From contig NC_058368.1 in assembly GCF_018350175.1 (NCBI RefSeq), positions 122,142,001 through 122,206,000 of the forward strand: a stretch of 64,000 bases of DNA, written 5' to 3'. The notes under the pieces are model-generated. The model had not been told where the DNA came from. It did not search any database and saw nothing but the letters and a program-made list of their open reading frames with translations. Below, piece by piece: positions 11,171 through 23,345 of the stretch. Each line of letters starts with the position of its first letter. Within the stretch, counting starts at the first letter, position 1. The translations under genes and the position numbers were made by a program. Source of the DNA: Felis catus (lineage: Eukaryota).

Positions 11171-12544
11171 TTTATGATCCTTCAGTACAGCTCCTGGAGA
11201 CAGTCACCCAAGGAAAGGCAGATGGTCCATGGAGAAGTAATAGTGGGACAGGAGTTCCCTTGGGGGTGACAGAGGGCAGAGGGAGGTCACAGAAAGAATC
11301 AGGGTCAGTGACCCCAGCTGTTTCTAACCACCAACTATTCCCGCAATTGAAATTTACACTGAGAGATTAAGTGACTTACTTGGGGTCCCAAGAGGACCTC
11401 ATCCATCCTCCTAGAGTATGATATCCCACTCCCATTAAAACCTGAGGAAGAGGGAGTAACTTAGTATTAAGTCAAGCAGCTCTTGAATTCAGTTCATTAG
11501 CTCTTTGGATGTTCCTGGATTTTTATTCTAACCTCAATATACTTCCAGGAATGACAATGTGACCCTTTTCTTATCCTGATGGTCTGGGAGCATTTTCCTC
11601 ACAATTACACATGTATTACTATCCTCTTAAGAGGTCAGTAAAACCTTTTATTTAAAAACCTGATTTATTTGCATCCATAATCTTCCTGTTAGTTAGACAA
11701 TCTGCATAATACCTTCATATGATATATTTTTAACTAGCCTTTCCAAAATATGGAAGGACTCCTCCTTAATAACAGAAGGCATTAACTATCTTAAATAGGA
11801 ACCCATTTGCAGATTAAATTTGCCAAAAGGTCAGCTTGCAGCTGCCACTGTGTGGCAAACCCCACGTGTCCTCTGTGTCACATACTGTGACATATCTCGA
11901 GAAGAGTCAGGGTCTTTTCCAGTCTGCTGATTCTCTGTTTCAATTAGAATAGATTTAAGAGTCCCCAAGCTCTGGTTTCTAGGTGGCCTTGCACAATATT
12001 ATTAATAATTCAATCATACCTGTGCTGATAACAGATTGCATTTATACCACCCCACAAAAAAGCCCAAACAGATTAAGGACTTCCCTATGGCTAATTTCTT
12101 TAGCAGTTTCATATCTGATTGACATCCATTTATCTAATTGCAGCTAGAAGATTTAATTTTCATTTTGTTGGCTTAGAATTAACGAGAAAACCTGTTTACT
12201 TTTTAAATATTTGACTCATTCTTTTTCATCTCCTGAATAATATTGAGATAGTCCATTCCATGCGGTGAATACTATATTTTATCAGTTTTCATTCTCTGAA
12301 TTCATTTCAGCTGAGTCTAGCTGGTTACACTTTGAAGCCTAATGTGAAATTTAATCTTTCATTGCAAAGAATTTCATTTTTATGGGAGGCCAACAATGAG
12401 GCAGGCAGCAGCGTGTTCATTTGGAAATCCAGAAAATTTTAGAAAGAGAAAACATTTTAAAGAGCTATTCATCCCTTAGTTCGAAACCTGCTTTGATTAT
12501 TCATGAACTTCTAAGTAACGTGGGATGGTTTACTTAACCCAGAT

Positions 12545-12683
12545 TTGAGACAAGTGAGGTGCCTAGCACGCAAAACGTATGGTGTTCACTTTCAGGGCTG
12601 TGGCACCACCTGTGAGTGAGTACCTCCTTCCTTAACTTCTGTGCCATAGGCTCGCAGCTTTCTTCCTTACACTCCTGGCTCTG
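12545..12683. mobile_element. MER91-like palindromic hAT-Tip100 MITE
   Basis: GAGACAAGTGAGGTGCCTAGCACGCAAAA ... GAGTGAGTACCTCCTT ... CCTGGCTCTG. Confidence 0.6.
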
Positions 12684-12689
12684 ATCTCA

Positions 12690-12845
12690 GAGCATCCCTT
12701 GCTTTATATCTGACAAAATGTGCTGATACTAGCAACCTTCCTCATGGTGGTGTAGTGGGGATGAAATGAAATAATTCACACCAAGCCCTTAACAAGTTGT
12801 CTGGCACATAGTAAGTGTCTAGAAATGTTCAATGATGTTACTATG
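12690..12845 (+). mobile_element. MIR relic
   Basis: ATGAAATGAAATAAT...CTGGCACATAGTAAGTG. Confidence 0.75.
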
Positions 12846-13019
12846 AATAGTATGTTATTGTGATGGACTGAATTGTCCCCTGCCCCCATTCATATGTTGA
12901 AGCCCAAATTCCCAATGCAATGGTATTTGGAGGTGAGACTTTGGAGAGCTGATCAGGATTAGATGAGGTCATGAGAATGGGGTCCTCATGATGCTTTTAG
13001 TATCATAAGATGAGAACTT

Positions 13020-13693
13020 ATGCGGAGAAAGAGGGACCCTTTTGCACTGCTGGTGGGAATGCAAACTGGTGTAGCCACTCAGGAAAACAGGATGGAGATT
13101 CCTCAAAAAATTAAAAACAGAACTACCCTATGACCCAACAATTACAATTGTTGATTCAAAGGGGCATATGTACCCCAGTGTTTATAGCAGCACAACAGCC
13201 AAAGAATAGAAAGAGTCCAAACGTCCATTGGCTGATAAACGGATAAAGAAGATGTGGTATATATATACACACAATGGGATATTATTCAGCAATCAAAAAG
13301 AATGAAATCTTGCCATTTGCAACTATGTGGATGGAACTAGGGGATATTATGCTAAGCGAAATTAGTCAGAGAAAGACAAATATCATATGTGTTCACTCAT
13401 ATGTGGAATTTAAGAAACAAAACAGATGAACATAAGGGAAGGGGAGCAAAAATAAGATACAAATGGACAGGGAGACAAACCATGAGAGACTCTTAAATAC
13501 AGAGAACAAACTGAAGGTTCTGGTGGGGTGGTGGGTAGAGGCACGGGCTAAATGGGTGATGGGCATTAAGGAGGGCACTTGTTGGGATGAGTGCTGGGTG
13601 TCATATGTAAGTGATGAATCACTAAATTCTATTCCTGAAATCATTATTACACTATATGTTAACTAACTTGGACTTAAATAAATAAATAAAAAA
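13020..13693 (+). mobile_element. 5'-truncated carnivore L1 3' end
   Basis: GGTGGGAATGCAAACTGG, GAATGAAATCTTGCCATTTGCAAC, GATGGGCATTAAGGAGGGCACTTGTTGGGATGAG and (AAAT)n tail. Confidence 0.95.
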
Positions 13694-14061
13694 GAACAAT
13701 GAGGATGGAGATCTATGGAAACTTGAAAATCTAAAGTATGACAATTTCATAGTCTACAATGAGTTTATTATACAGAAGTAGACAATTCTATAATAGCCCC
13801 ATAATCCAGACTCTGATAGAATTTAAAAATTATTAGCCAAATGAATGTTTCAACAAACATATCTCTATTGATTTTTAGCTTCTGTCTGTAAATGTCTTGT
13901 GCTCTTCGATACAAGAGTCAAGATACAAGACTGTACAATGTCTCGTACTCTTTGATACAAGAGACAAGACTTGTCCACAAGGTTCATATTCATGAAATAT
14001 AATAAATATGTTCATTATATTTCGTATTCATGAGATAAAAATAAGTCATGGGAAAAAAAAA
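13694..14061 (+). other. Candidate L1 3'-transduced segment
   Basis: Non-L1, non-LTR sequence between the L1 tail and a second A9 tract, inside the split LTR. Confidence 0.65.
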
Positions 14062-14299
14062 GACGAGGAGAGCTTGCTCTATTTTCTACCATTTGAGGAC
14101 ATAGCAAGAAGGTAGCTGTATGCAAGCCAGGAAGAGGGCTCTCACCAAAACGTGATCATTACAGCACCCTTACCTTGAGGACTTTTAGTCTCCAGAACTG
14201 TGAGAAATAAATTTCTATTGTTTAAGCCACCCAGTCTATGGTATTTTATTATGGCAGCTTAAACAGTCTAAAACAGTTATGTTGTATTATGTGATTTGA

Positions 14300-14832
14300 T
14301 TGTGCTACACCTAGCCTTTCAGTGGTTTCTTAGGCTCTTTTTAGAATAAAGTAGAAAATCATTAACATGTCCCTAAAACCCAGAATGGTCAGGTCCCTGC
14401 ACATCCATCCAGGCATATCTTCTAATACTCTTTCTGCAAATCCCTGCACACCAATCACACTGGTCTTTTGGGTTCGTGAATGCACCATGTCATATCTCCC
14501 TCTGTCTGCTACAGGTCCTTTGTTTAGGCTGTTCCTAGTCTAAAATGCTTTAGCATCCTTTTCCACACAGTTAACCCCTTCATACTTAATATTACACTCC
14601 ATCATTTCCTTAGGACTTCATGCAGATCTGTCAGACATTTTCTTGGTTTTAAAAATAAATCACAGTTGGTCCTTATGTATCTATTTATCTGTTTATCTGA
14701 TTGCCATCTCTCTCTCCCACTAGATGTTAAATTCCAAGAGGGCAGGAATTCTTTCTGCTTTGATTGGCAATTTCCCCTCAGCACAGTAACTTGGAATCAA
14801 TGGGTGTACCATAAATAATTGTTTAGTGATTG
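14300..14832 (+). mobile_element. L2 relic
   Basis: TTAGAATAAAGTAGAAAATC...CCCACTAGATGTTAAATTCCAAGAGGGCAGGAA...ATAAATAATTGTTTAGTGA. Confidence 0.75.
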
Positions 14833-14923
14833 GTATAAAAATAATATTGTCCCTGCTCCATCTTTGATAAGGCTATCCTCAGCCTTTTGTATTAATAGTT
14901 ATAAAAGGTTCTGGGACCAATTC

Positions 14924-15573
14924 TGATGTAGGGGACTGGTTTCTCCATACAAACCAATGCTTGGACACCAGCTGGTTATGTTAAATTCAACTCAATTCTG
15001 ACGCTATCTACCATATACATTTGAGGTTCCCTCCTTACATTTGATTAATTTGCTATAGCAGCTCAAAGAACTCCAAGAAACATTTTCCTTTGTAGATTAC
15101 CAGTTTATTATGAAGGGATATAATTTAGGAATAGCCAGATGAAAGAAGGTATGGGAAAAGGGTGCAGAGCCCCCATGAACTCTCTGAGGGTAATGCTTTC
15201 CACAAATCTCCATGTATTCACTAACCAGGAAGCTCCCCAAACCCTGTCTTTTGGATTTTTTATGGAAGCTTAATTACATAGGCATCATTGATTAAATAAT
15301 TGACTGCTGGCAATTGAAATAAACCTTCAGTCCCTCTCCCCCTTCCCTGGAGGTTGAGCTGGGACTAAAAGATCCAACCACTGGTCACATGCTTGGCTTC
15401 GATGGCAACCAGCCCCCATCCTCTAGTGATTTCTAAAAGTCACCTCATTATATAACAAAAGACACTTATGGCTCTCACTGTTTAGGAAATCCCCAGGGTT
15501 TTGGGAACTCAGTGACAAAAGTAGGGATAAAGACCAAATATACCTATTTCTTACGGTAAGTTACAAAATCACA
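14924..15573 (-). mobile_element. MER21-like ERVL solo LTR
   Basis: GGACACCAGCTGG, AATTCAACTCAATTCTGAC, GGCAACCAGCCCCCATCC; TG...CA ends; 5-bp TSD AATTC/AGTTC. Confidence 0.8.
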
Positions 15574-15719
15574 AGTTCTTATTGCTTATTTTCCAAGTAG
15601 TGAGCCCAAATGATTCCTCTTTCTATATGGCCACACTTAGTTCCTATTTTCTTCCATAAACAGTCATCTTCTTTGCATGTTTATTAGCTCACCACTGTTT
15701 GTTGAGCAAATAGAACAGG

Positions 15720-16260
15720 TAGCACACTAAATTCAGCTGGGTATACAAAGTGAATACAGGCACACTCTCTGCAGTTAGGCTGTTACCAGCATAGTGTGGT
15801 GGGAGGCAAATCATTGCACAAAGCTCCAATTTAAGTATACATAACTTCAGTTCCCTAGGAGAGGGATAAGATACCCTAAGGAGAATGGTCTTCTCATTTG
15901 AGGAACCAGTGGTCACTTCCTACATGAGGTGACTCTGAGCTCTAACACCTAAAGAATGAGTAGGAGCTATAAAATGAAGAGTAGAGGGGAGAAAACCAAC
16001 ATTCTCACTGACTGAGAGCAAGAAGAGAGGAAGGATGCTGAGGCATTCTGCATATTTGCAAAAAGGGGACCTACTCCATAATCTTTTCTGTTCTTTCAAT
16101 ATTCACTTGTTCATTTATTCACTTATTCATTCTCACTCATAACAAACACTTAGTAAGTCACTGATATGTGCTAGGTATTACCTTGGCATGGAAATATCAT
16201 AGGAAAAAAGATGAGTCCCATGCTCTTTGGGAGACTGCATACTGTTATGCTAAAATCCTA
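15720..16260 (-). mobile_element. L2 relic fragments
   Basis: AAAGAATGAGTAGGAGCT; (ATTC)n-like 3' end at ~16100 followed by ATGTGCTAGGTATT. Confidence 0.6.
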
Positions 16261-18299
16261 TCTGTGCCTAAGGAACTTTCACTTAACATGCAGGAAATGT
16301 TGTTGAAAATATCATGTGTTCAGTCCAGTAGGCAAATCCCTACCTAATGTTTCATTTCAGCCATTCTTGAAGTGTAGTTGTTGTGTAGAGACTGTCTATT
16401 CATGAGGGTAGCCTGTTTTGGAGGTAAGCTTGAGTTTATATTTCGCTGAAGAGTCATTTGCTATGAGCTGAGAAGCACAAATACAGACAAGTACTTAACA
16501 CAAAAACCAGGCTAAACAAATACTTGTTCTTGTTATCATCACTTAGGCTGATGGGAGAATGCAGAGAGAAAGAAGTAGAGTTTTGAAAAATGTGTTCTTC
16601 ACATGTAACTGGCCTGGAGGAATAGGCCCTGTGTTCGAGAAAGGCAGGGAGGATCCCTGAGGCTTACTATTATCTCCCATTACTACTGTGACTGGTCATT
16701 TTAGACCAAACTTTCAAACTAGTCCTACCCAAGGCAGAAATACTCAAGGACATTCTCTACTTAGTGAGAATAGAGAGAAATAGAGGCCAATATGGATTTC
16801 CAGGAAGACAAAAATTCTCTTTGCATACTAGGCCTCCTTTTTTATTTCCTGATTTTCAATGATTTTTCTAAATCTGTCACATTGAAACAACTCCCTCAGC
16901 CCCCCAATCTCCCAATTACCATTACCCATAAGGACCATATAAGACATGGTTCTTGACTTATATGATTATCTCTATTTTTAAAAGATGAAACTGAATTGAG
17001 ACATGGAGAATTTGAGGAACTTGACCATAATCTCAAATAAATACAATAAATATATTTTGGTTACCACTCAGTAATTTAAGGACTAAAAGCTAAATTCTCA
17101 ATTCCTTAATGAATTTAAACTATAAGCAGATATCCTTAAAAGCAATGGGACTATTTAATCCCAATTTACCTCCTGTGTTCTACTGAAATGGAGTTAGTTA
17201 ATGCCCTGCACTTGCCACTTATGTGGTCTTTGGTAGGATTTTCAGCTGGGGCTAGCCCAATTCCAAATCTATGGGTTACAAAGAATCAGCAGAGAAAATG
17301 ACATATGGTGGAGAGCAGGTGGCTTTGAGAGACAATATTAGCTATGTATATATGAAATCACAACAAATATAAATATTTAATTTCTAATGTTTGAAAGAGA
17401 AAAGAGGGTTTCTTTGAAAGTGGACTTTAATGCATATGTAAATTAATTATAATTCATGACATTCCTCACACAAATCATTATTCCAGAAAATGATGCAATC
17501 ATTTCAAATCAATATTGACATTTTGGATGTTACAATACTTTTAAAGATTTGTTGAAGTATAGTTTCTCTTTCCCCTAAAGAGGGCCTTCTATCATGAGCA
17601 AGAAAGCTAGATGAAATGCAAAAAAAAGTCACACGGTTTTCATATGTCAAGGTTGTGTAACTTGAGTTCACAGACCATCCATGGGGGCCATTGGGAAGCA
17701 ATGGTTAGGTTGGTGGCTGTTTACACAACTATACCACTGGACTGCATCCTGGTGCCTTGTTACAACTTATACAAAGGTCACACTCAAAAGCTGATGGTCT
17801 GTATGTTTTCATGGGCACATTTCTTATCTCTGGTGACTTCCATTTTCAGGGTGTGTTCACAACTATCTCCAAATTTGATCTCATGGCACAAACCGCTTAG
17901 CAAAGTCCTCCAAATGTGGTAACTAATTAGATATCCACAGGAAGTAATGAAGCTGTTGCTGTTGGAAAAATATATTGTTGACCAGGTCGGCCCTGGGTGA
18001 AGTATGAAACATCAGTGGATGAGGACACTGGGAAAGAATAAAAGTCATATGCTGGTGAATAAATATCATAGGAAGGGGTTTTACAACAAAGTCATCTTCT
18101 TTGGCTACATGATGATGCAGGAAGCAGATTTGGTAGTGAAATGGGAGATCCAAAAAGCCCTATGAGGACTTGGCCCATCTTGTGTGGTACAATTTGGGGT
18201 AAAGGGTCTTCAAGTCACCCTTTAGCTCAAAAGTATCTCCCTGGCTAGCCCACCACTCTCTGCATCAGAATTGACATTTGCTTCCACAAAAGCCATTCT

Positions 18300-18870
18300 C
18301 ATTCAGATGTCTCAGAATGCATGCATTCTGGAGCTAAAAGCCAAGGTATTATTTTTCTCTTTCCATTTTACTTTTCCTCCAAATCTATTTTATCAGCAAA
18401 TCCAGCAAATGTACTTTCTCAAATAGCCCTCAAATATGCCCTTGTCTATCTTCACCGCTACCCCTTTATGTCTAAGGCACCATCACCATCCCCTTCTCAT
18501 TGGGCCTCCTGCATCCACTTTTGTCCCTTGAAATCTATACTGCACAAGTAGCTAGAGAATAACATTTTTAACAGTTATGAATTAGATCATGCCATTCTTC
18601 TGCTTAAAATCCTCCAATATCTTCCCTTGGGCTCAGAATAAATTCCAAATTGCTTATCCTGGCATTCAACTGAAAACATTCTTCCCACAGCCCTTTGCAA
18701 ATCTAGCTCTCTCTCATTCATGTACCTTTTCCCTCTCCCATCCCATCAATCAAAAGAATTTATCCTCCCTACGCACCTCCCTCTCCCCCTCCCCCCCCCC
18801 CCCCCCCACAGCACATACTGCCTCCACTGTTAGGACTTCTTCATAAGTTTCCTCTCTGTGAAATGTCAGC
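18300..18870 (+). mobile_element. L2 relic
   Basis: TAGATCATGCCATTCTTCTGCTTAAAATCCTCCAAT...CAGAATAAATTCCAAA. Confidence 0.75.
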
Positions 18871-19789
18871 ACCCTAGACATTAAGGCTATATCATCAAGC
18901 TGCTGTACCTTTACCTGAGTTTAGCTGTTGCATCCAGGTGCTGACTTAGAGAAGGAATCTGCTCTAACAATGGATTAACTGCCCTTTGTTCCCTGACAGG
19001 ATATGATTTTGTTTGGTTCATATATTATTATATATTATGAGCCACTGTACCAAAAATTAACTTCTATTAACTCCGTCCCCTCTACCCCAATTCTTGTGCT
19101 TGCTTCCTCTTTGCTGATGTTTAAAAATCATTAACAAAAACAAAGGAAACCTCCATCTCCACACTTCCACTGCCTCTTTCTTTCCTCATCCCTTTTTTGA
19201 AAGCCAACCATCTTAAGAAAACTTAGACCTTATTATCCTAAAAGCTTCTTGTCTTTCCAGGGATGATAGAGGAGTCGTTTATAGAAACTGGTCTTGTAAA
19301 ACACATGACTTTCACTTTGGGGCCAGCTACGACTTCCACTGAAAGCTCCTTGAAGACAGTGCATTAGTATAACATCTCTAAAGGAAATCAATAATTTTAT
19401 TCACTTTGAAGTGGTTTATACAGCATCTGTCCCATAGTTAGTATTCAAATATTTGTTATAAACACCACATAATCCACAACAAAAAGAGGCAAAGTGTTAA
19501 AATTTTAAAATGGTATTTTAGTTATTTAAATTCTTTCCAACCCAGAAGAATAAAAAAGGAAATTCTAACCAGATGTTACTTTTTTTTTCATCACTCAGAG
19601 AACATTCTATCTCTCTGAGGATATAGTATGATCTCATCATATACATAGTTAATCAAATGATTATAAGTATGCATACTCAGTAGAGAGTGACAGAGAAAAA
19701 AAGTTATTCCTCTGCATCCTTCTATGTCCTGGTTGCTGTTGTAACCCCATAACCAAACATAATATGGGGCATATGACTGGCATCTAAGA

Positions 19790-19900
19790 TATATGGATTA
19801 AATGAATCAATGCACACAGCTAATAGGTGATAGAGCCAGGATTCTAAGCCAGATTTGTCTAATGACAAGCCTATGTCCCAGAGCTAAACCATATTGGCTT
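19790..19900 (-). mobile_element. MIR relic
   Basis: CACACAGCTAATAGGTGATAGAGCCAGGATTCTAAGCC. Confidence 0.7.
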
Positions 19901-21084
19901 TCTTCATTTTTCAGAGTAACCGTGTTGTTTATTCTGGTGCTATTCTTTGAGGCGTATGCTCTCCTGGCTGTCATTACCTGTGTTGGTGTTTTTCTCACCA
20001 AGTGCCTGTAGGTGCCTCAGGTGGGGTCATTCCTTGTATGACATTTCTCAGAGCCAAGAAAACAAGTATCACCGCTCACTGGTGTCCATCAATTATTCTG
20101 TGTGCAATTAAGAAATACAATTTATAGATAAGAATCCTTACTTATAGACAGGCTCAAAGTTATTCCCAAGGACATGGCAGAGTTATTTTCAGAACCTAAG
20201 TGATTTGGTCTCTTTACATTCTCTTATGAACAAAAAGGGCTACAAATAAATGATCTGTCTCCTGGATGCCGGTCCATATTCTAACACCACAGTGACTGCC
20301 AACTTTGACCATTTAGTCCTTCAGCCCAATCTTACTGTATACCCTAAATGTAGCCACACCAGAGGACAAGGAATGTGAACAGTCTAATGAATGGAGGAAT
20401 GTTAAGTTCTTCTTTCCTCAGCTTTTACTGAGCCCTGACATTATATTTGCTACCCGAGGACGTAAAGTATTTATTTAAAAGTAAAGAGCCAGGCAATCTG
20501 ACATCTCCCTCAGCCAAAACAAAAGTTAATCATCTCAAGCACGTATGGACCCGTGTCGCTTTGCAACCTACCTGTGCTTTTCATAGGGGCTCTCAAACTG
20601 TGAGCTTCCCCACCCCACTGCCTTTTCTCAAAAACATATAATCTGGCCCACCTGCATTTTTGTATTTAGGTCCCGGCAAAGAAACCATTATGAAATTGAC
20701 AGAGCTGCCAGAAAGTAGGATGACTTCACTGCATGTGAATTCACTGAGGAGGTGGTAGGCAGAGGCGTGGAGAAAGAGGAGGAAGAATATACATGAAGTG
20801 AAATTTGCCTTTGGGCTTCCCACCTCTTTCTCCATGGTGTTGAGAATGGTTCTACAAACCTTTCAGAATTAATGTGTTTGCTCCATAACAAACTAACCTA
20901 AGTCTCTTCCCATAGAGCACAGAGAGACTTTGGCCTTTTAACTCAAGTTGGTAATGCCAAAAGTAATGAAGAACTCACAGATGATAACAACAGCACATAC
21001 CATTTACTGAGTGGCGATGAGGTACTAACACTAACACATTATTTTATTCAATCCTTACAACTCTTTCCCATGTCACTCCCACAG

Positions 21085-21605
21085 AGACGCTTCAAGGACT
21101 CCCCATTGCCTTTAGGATAAAGTCCAAATGACAGAGTTTATGAGACCCTCTAAGATGCCATCAACCTTTGCATGTCTCAACCTCACCTTGCGCACTCTGC
21201 ACCTCCCTTGAATGTTTTGGTTTTATCTGTACTCAAATGCTTTCAGTTCTTCTTATGTTCTGTGCTCTCTCTTGCCTACAGGCTTTTAAATACATTCTCT
21301 TGAGAACACATTTCTTCTACTCTTCACCTGGTTAATTTGAACTTTCCCTCAAAATTTTAAGATTTTTTTTCGTGGGAGACTTGTCTCCAGTTCCACCTAG
21401 GTCAGGTTCTCTGTTGTTGCTTCCATGATTCATTCTATTTCCTCTTTTGTAACTCAATACCTGTAGTGACTAGTTAGATATGTACCTTTCTAGTAGATTT
21501 AACCTTTGTGAAGGCTGGCAGGCTACATGGCTTCTTATTAAAGTTGTTTCCCTAAGCATTGAACTAATTGCCTGTCATATGAGTAGACCTGAATAAATGA
21601 ATGGA
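21085..21605 (+). mobile_element. L2 relic
   Basis: CTCCCCATTGCCTTTAGGATAAAGTCCAAA ... TGAATAAATGAATG end. Confidence 0.75.
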
Positions 21606-21629
21606 AATCAATTATATACAAAATATATA

Positions 21630-21785
21630 TTTGAGTATTTCCATTTCAAAGAGGAGGAAACAGATTAAGAGGGGCTAAATAACTTGCCCAAAGATATACA
21701 CTGAGCCAATGGTGAGGCTAAGCTTTGAACCCAAGACTGATGCCCAAACCCAAGTTTACAATCACTCCACAGCACTGCCTTCTCA
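21630..21785 (-). mobile_element. MIR relic
   Basis: GAGGAGGAAACAGA..AGAGGGGCTAAATAACTTGCCCAAAG core. Confidence 0.8.
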
Positions 21786-22499
21786 AAATATCCTCCAACC
21801 CTAACAGGAAAAATAAAGAGAATTACTATGGAGTATTTATCTTACAGAAAAATTGAGTACAGAAAGCTGCTGGGATTCTTGAAGGTGGTCTTCCGCTCAT
21901 CTGATTTCAAAGCTACCTGAGAGATGCTGGGTGATTCTGAGTCTTTCTGCACCTTGGGCACAATGGAGTGCTTTCCCCAAATATAGCTTCTGTCTCTCCA
22001 CTATAGGTGGTAGCGGATAACAGGCAACCCATAGCTACAACTTTTAGTTCTTCCCACAGATCTACACGAAAAAAGGGAAAGTGAGTTTCTCACATTCTGG
22101 GAGAGGTTGCCCAGGCAACAAAGAGCCAGAGTGACAGACCACCCAGTTGAGACATGATGCAGTAATCTGCACATTCTCCCATACTGATGCCCACTTCCAC
22201 GAGGCAGTAACCAATTACTATCATACATCTTTTCAATGAGGCAACACTGAGAGATTCACCTGTCCCAACGGGACGCAGCTTGTAAAGAGGTCCCCATGGA
22301 CAGCTAACCAGTATCTCCAGAACCTGCTACATGCTCAGGTGAAAAGCCTTGTGTTTAATTTATAGATTATGCCAGAATAGCAGCTCTAAAGCTGAAAACA
22401 GTTCAGTAGTCCCAATTTTGTGGCTTGTAGTAAGACAAAAATGGCTATTGAATTAAATATTAATATTCAAAATTAAGTTAGTCCACTTTGTATATAATG

Positions 22500-22720
22500 G
22501 CAACCCCTGACACAGCTCTTCCACTTAACAGCTGTGTGATTTTTATACGTTAATCAAGAATTTGTTCATCTATAAAATGGGTTTATAGATATAATTACCA
22601 ATGGCATGTGTGTGTGTGTGTGTGTCTGTGTGAAGAGCCAGTGAGAAAATACACGTAAAGCACTTAACATATGGTGCATAATCAGCACTTAATAAATGAA
22701 AGTTATAGTAATTATTAGAA
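22500..22720 (+). mobile_element. MIR relic containing (TG)n at ~22607-22632
   Basis: CCACTTAACAGCTGTGTGA, TCATCTATAAAATGGG, GTAAAGCACTTA. Confidence 0.75.
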
Positions 22721-23304
22721 TATATTTGAGTCCCTGAAAAGGTTGTTAGACAGAGAGAAGCAGACTATTCCTTTGAGTCTATCCGCTAGTTTAAGTTTAG
22801 TGCAGAAGCAAGTCGGCATCATGTCTACCCCCGTAATAACCAGGGATGTGGGCTATAAACCCCTAGTGGCACAGGCTGTCTTCACTGTGCACTAGAAAGC
22901 CTTTGCCAAGCTTAATACAGTGTGAGGCACACAGTGTGTGCTCAAGAAATGCTTGTTGAAGCTGTCAACAATGAGATGTTCAGGCAGTTCAAAGCACCGT
23001 AGGCAGTGGATCTTTAAAGGAAACTGTACCCTCCTAGGAGTCATTAAATGAGTTCTTCAGGGAGGGCAGTAACAACATGCCACCTGATTGCTTTGTTCAG
23101 AAGTACTTTCCGACTGAGTTACCCCAGAAGAGATGCTGTTTTTTGCTACATAACTACAGGACTTCCAGTCCCTACTAGGAAATGGCTTTTCAGGATGGCT
23201 TGCATTACATTTGTGTATGGAGGGGAGAGAAACACAGAGCAGAATGAAACTTCTACCAATCTGCTCGCAGCCTCTGGCATACCATTGTATCCTATTATGC
23301 TCTG

Positions 23305-23309
<5 letters not shown>

Positions 23310-23344
<35 letters not shown>
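23310..23344. repeat. (TG)n microsatellite
   Basis: Perfect TG run. Confidence 0.97.

Positions 23345-23345
<1 letters not shown>

Larger units (their letters stand above)
12859..14275 (+). mobile_element. MaLR MLT1A-like solo LTR (12859-13014 and 14060-14275), split by an L1 insertion
   Basis: TG...CA ends, perfect 5-bp TSD GTTAT (12854-12858, 14276-14280), CTCCAGAACTGTGAGAAATAAATTTCT and TTTAAGCCACCCAGTCTATGGTATTT motifs. Confidence 0.92.

Noticed and set aside
19915..20021. Hydrophobic VTVLFILVLFF... stretch after a TTTTTCAG acceptor
   Set aside because: T-rich composition explains the hydrophobicity; no recognised protein, weak donor.
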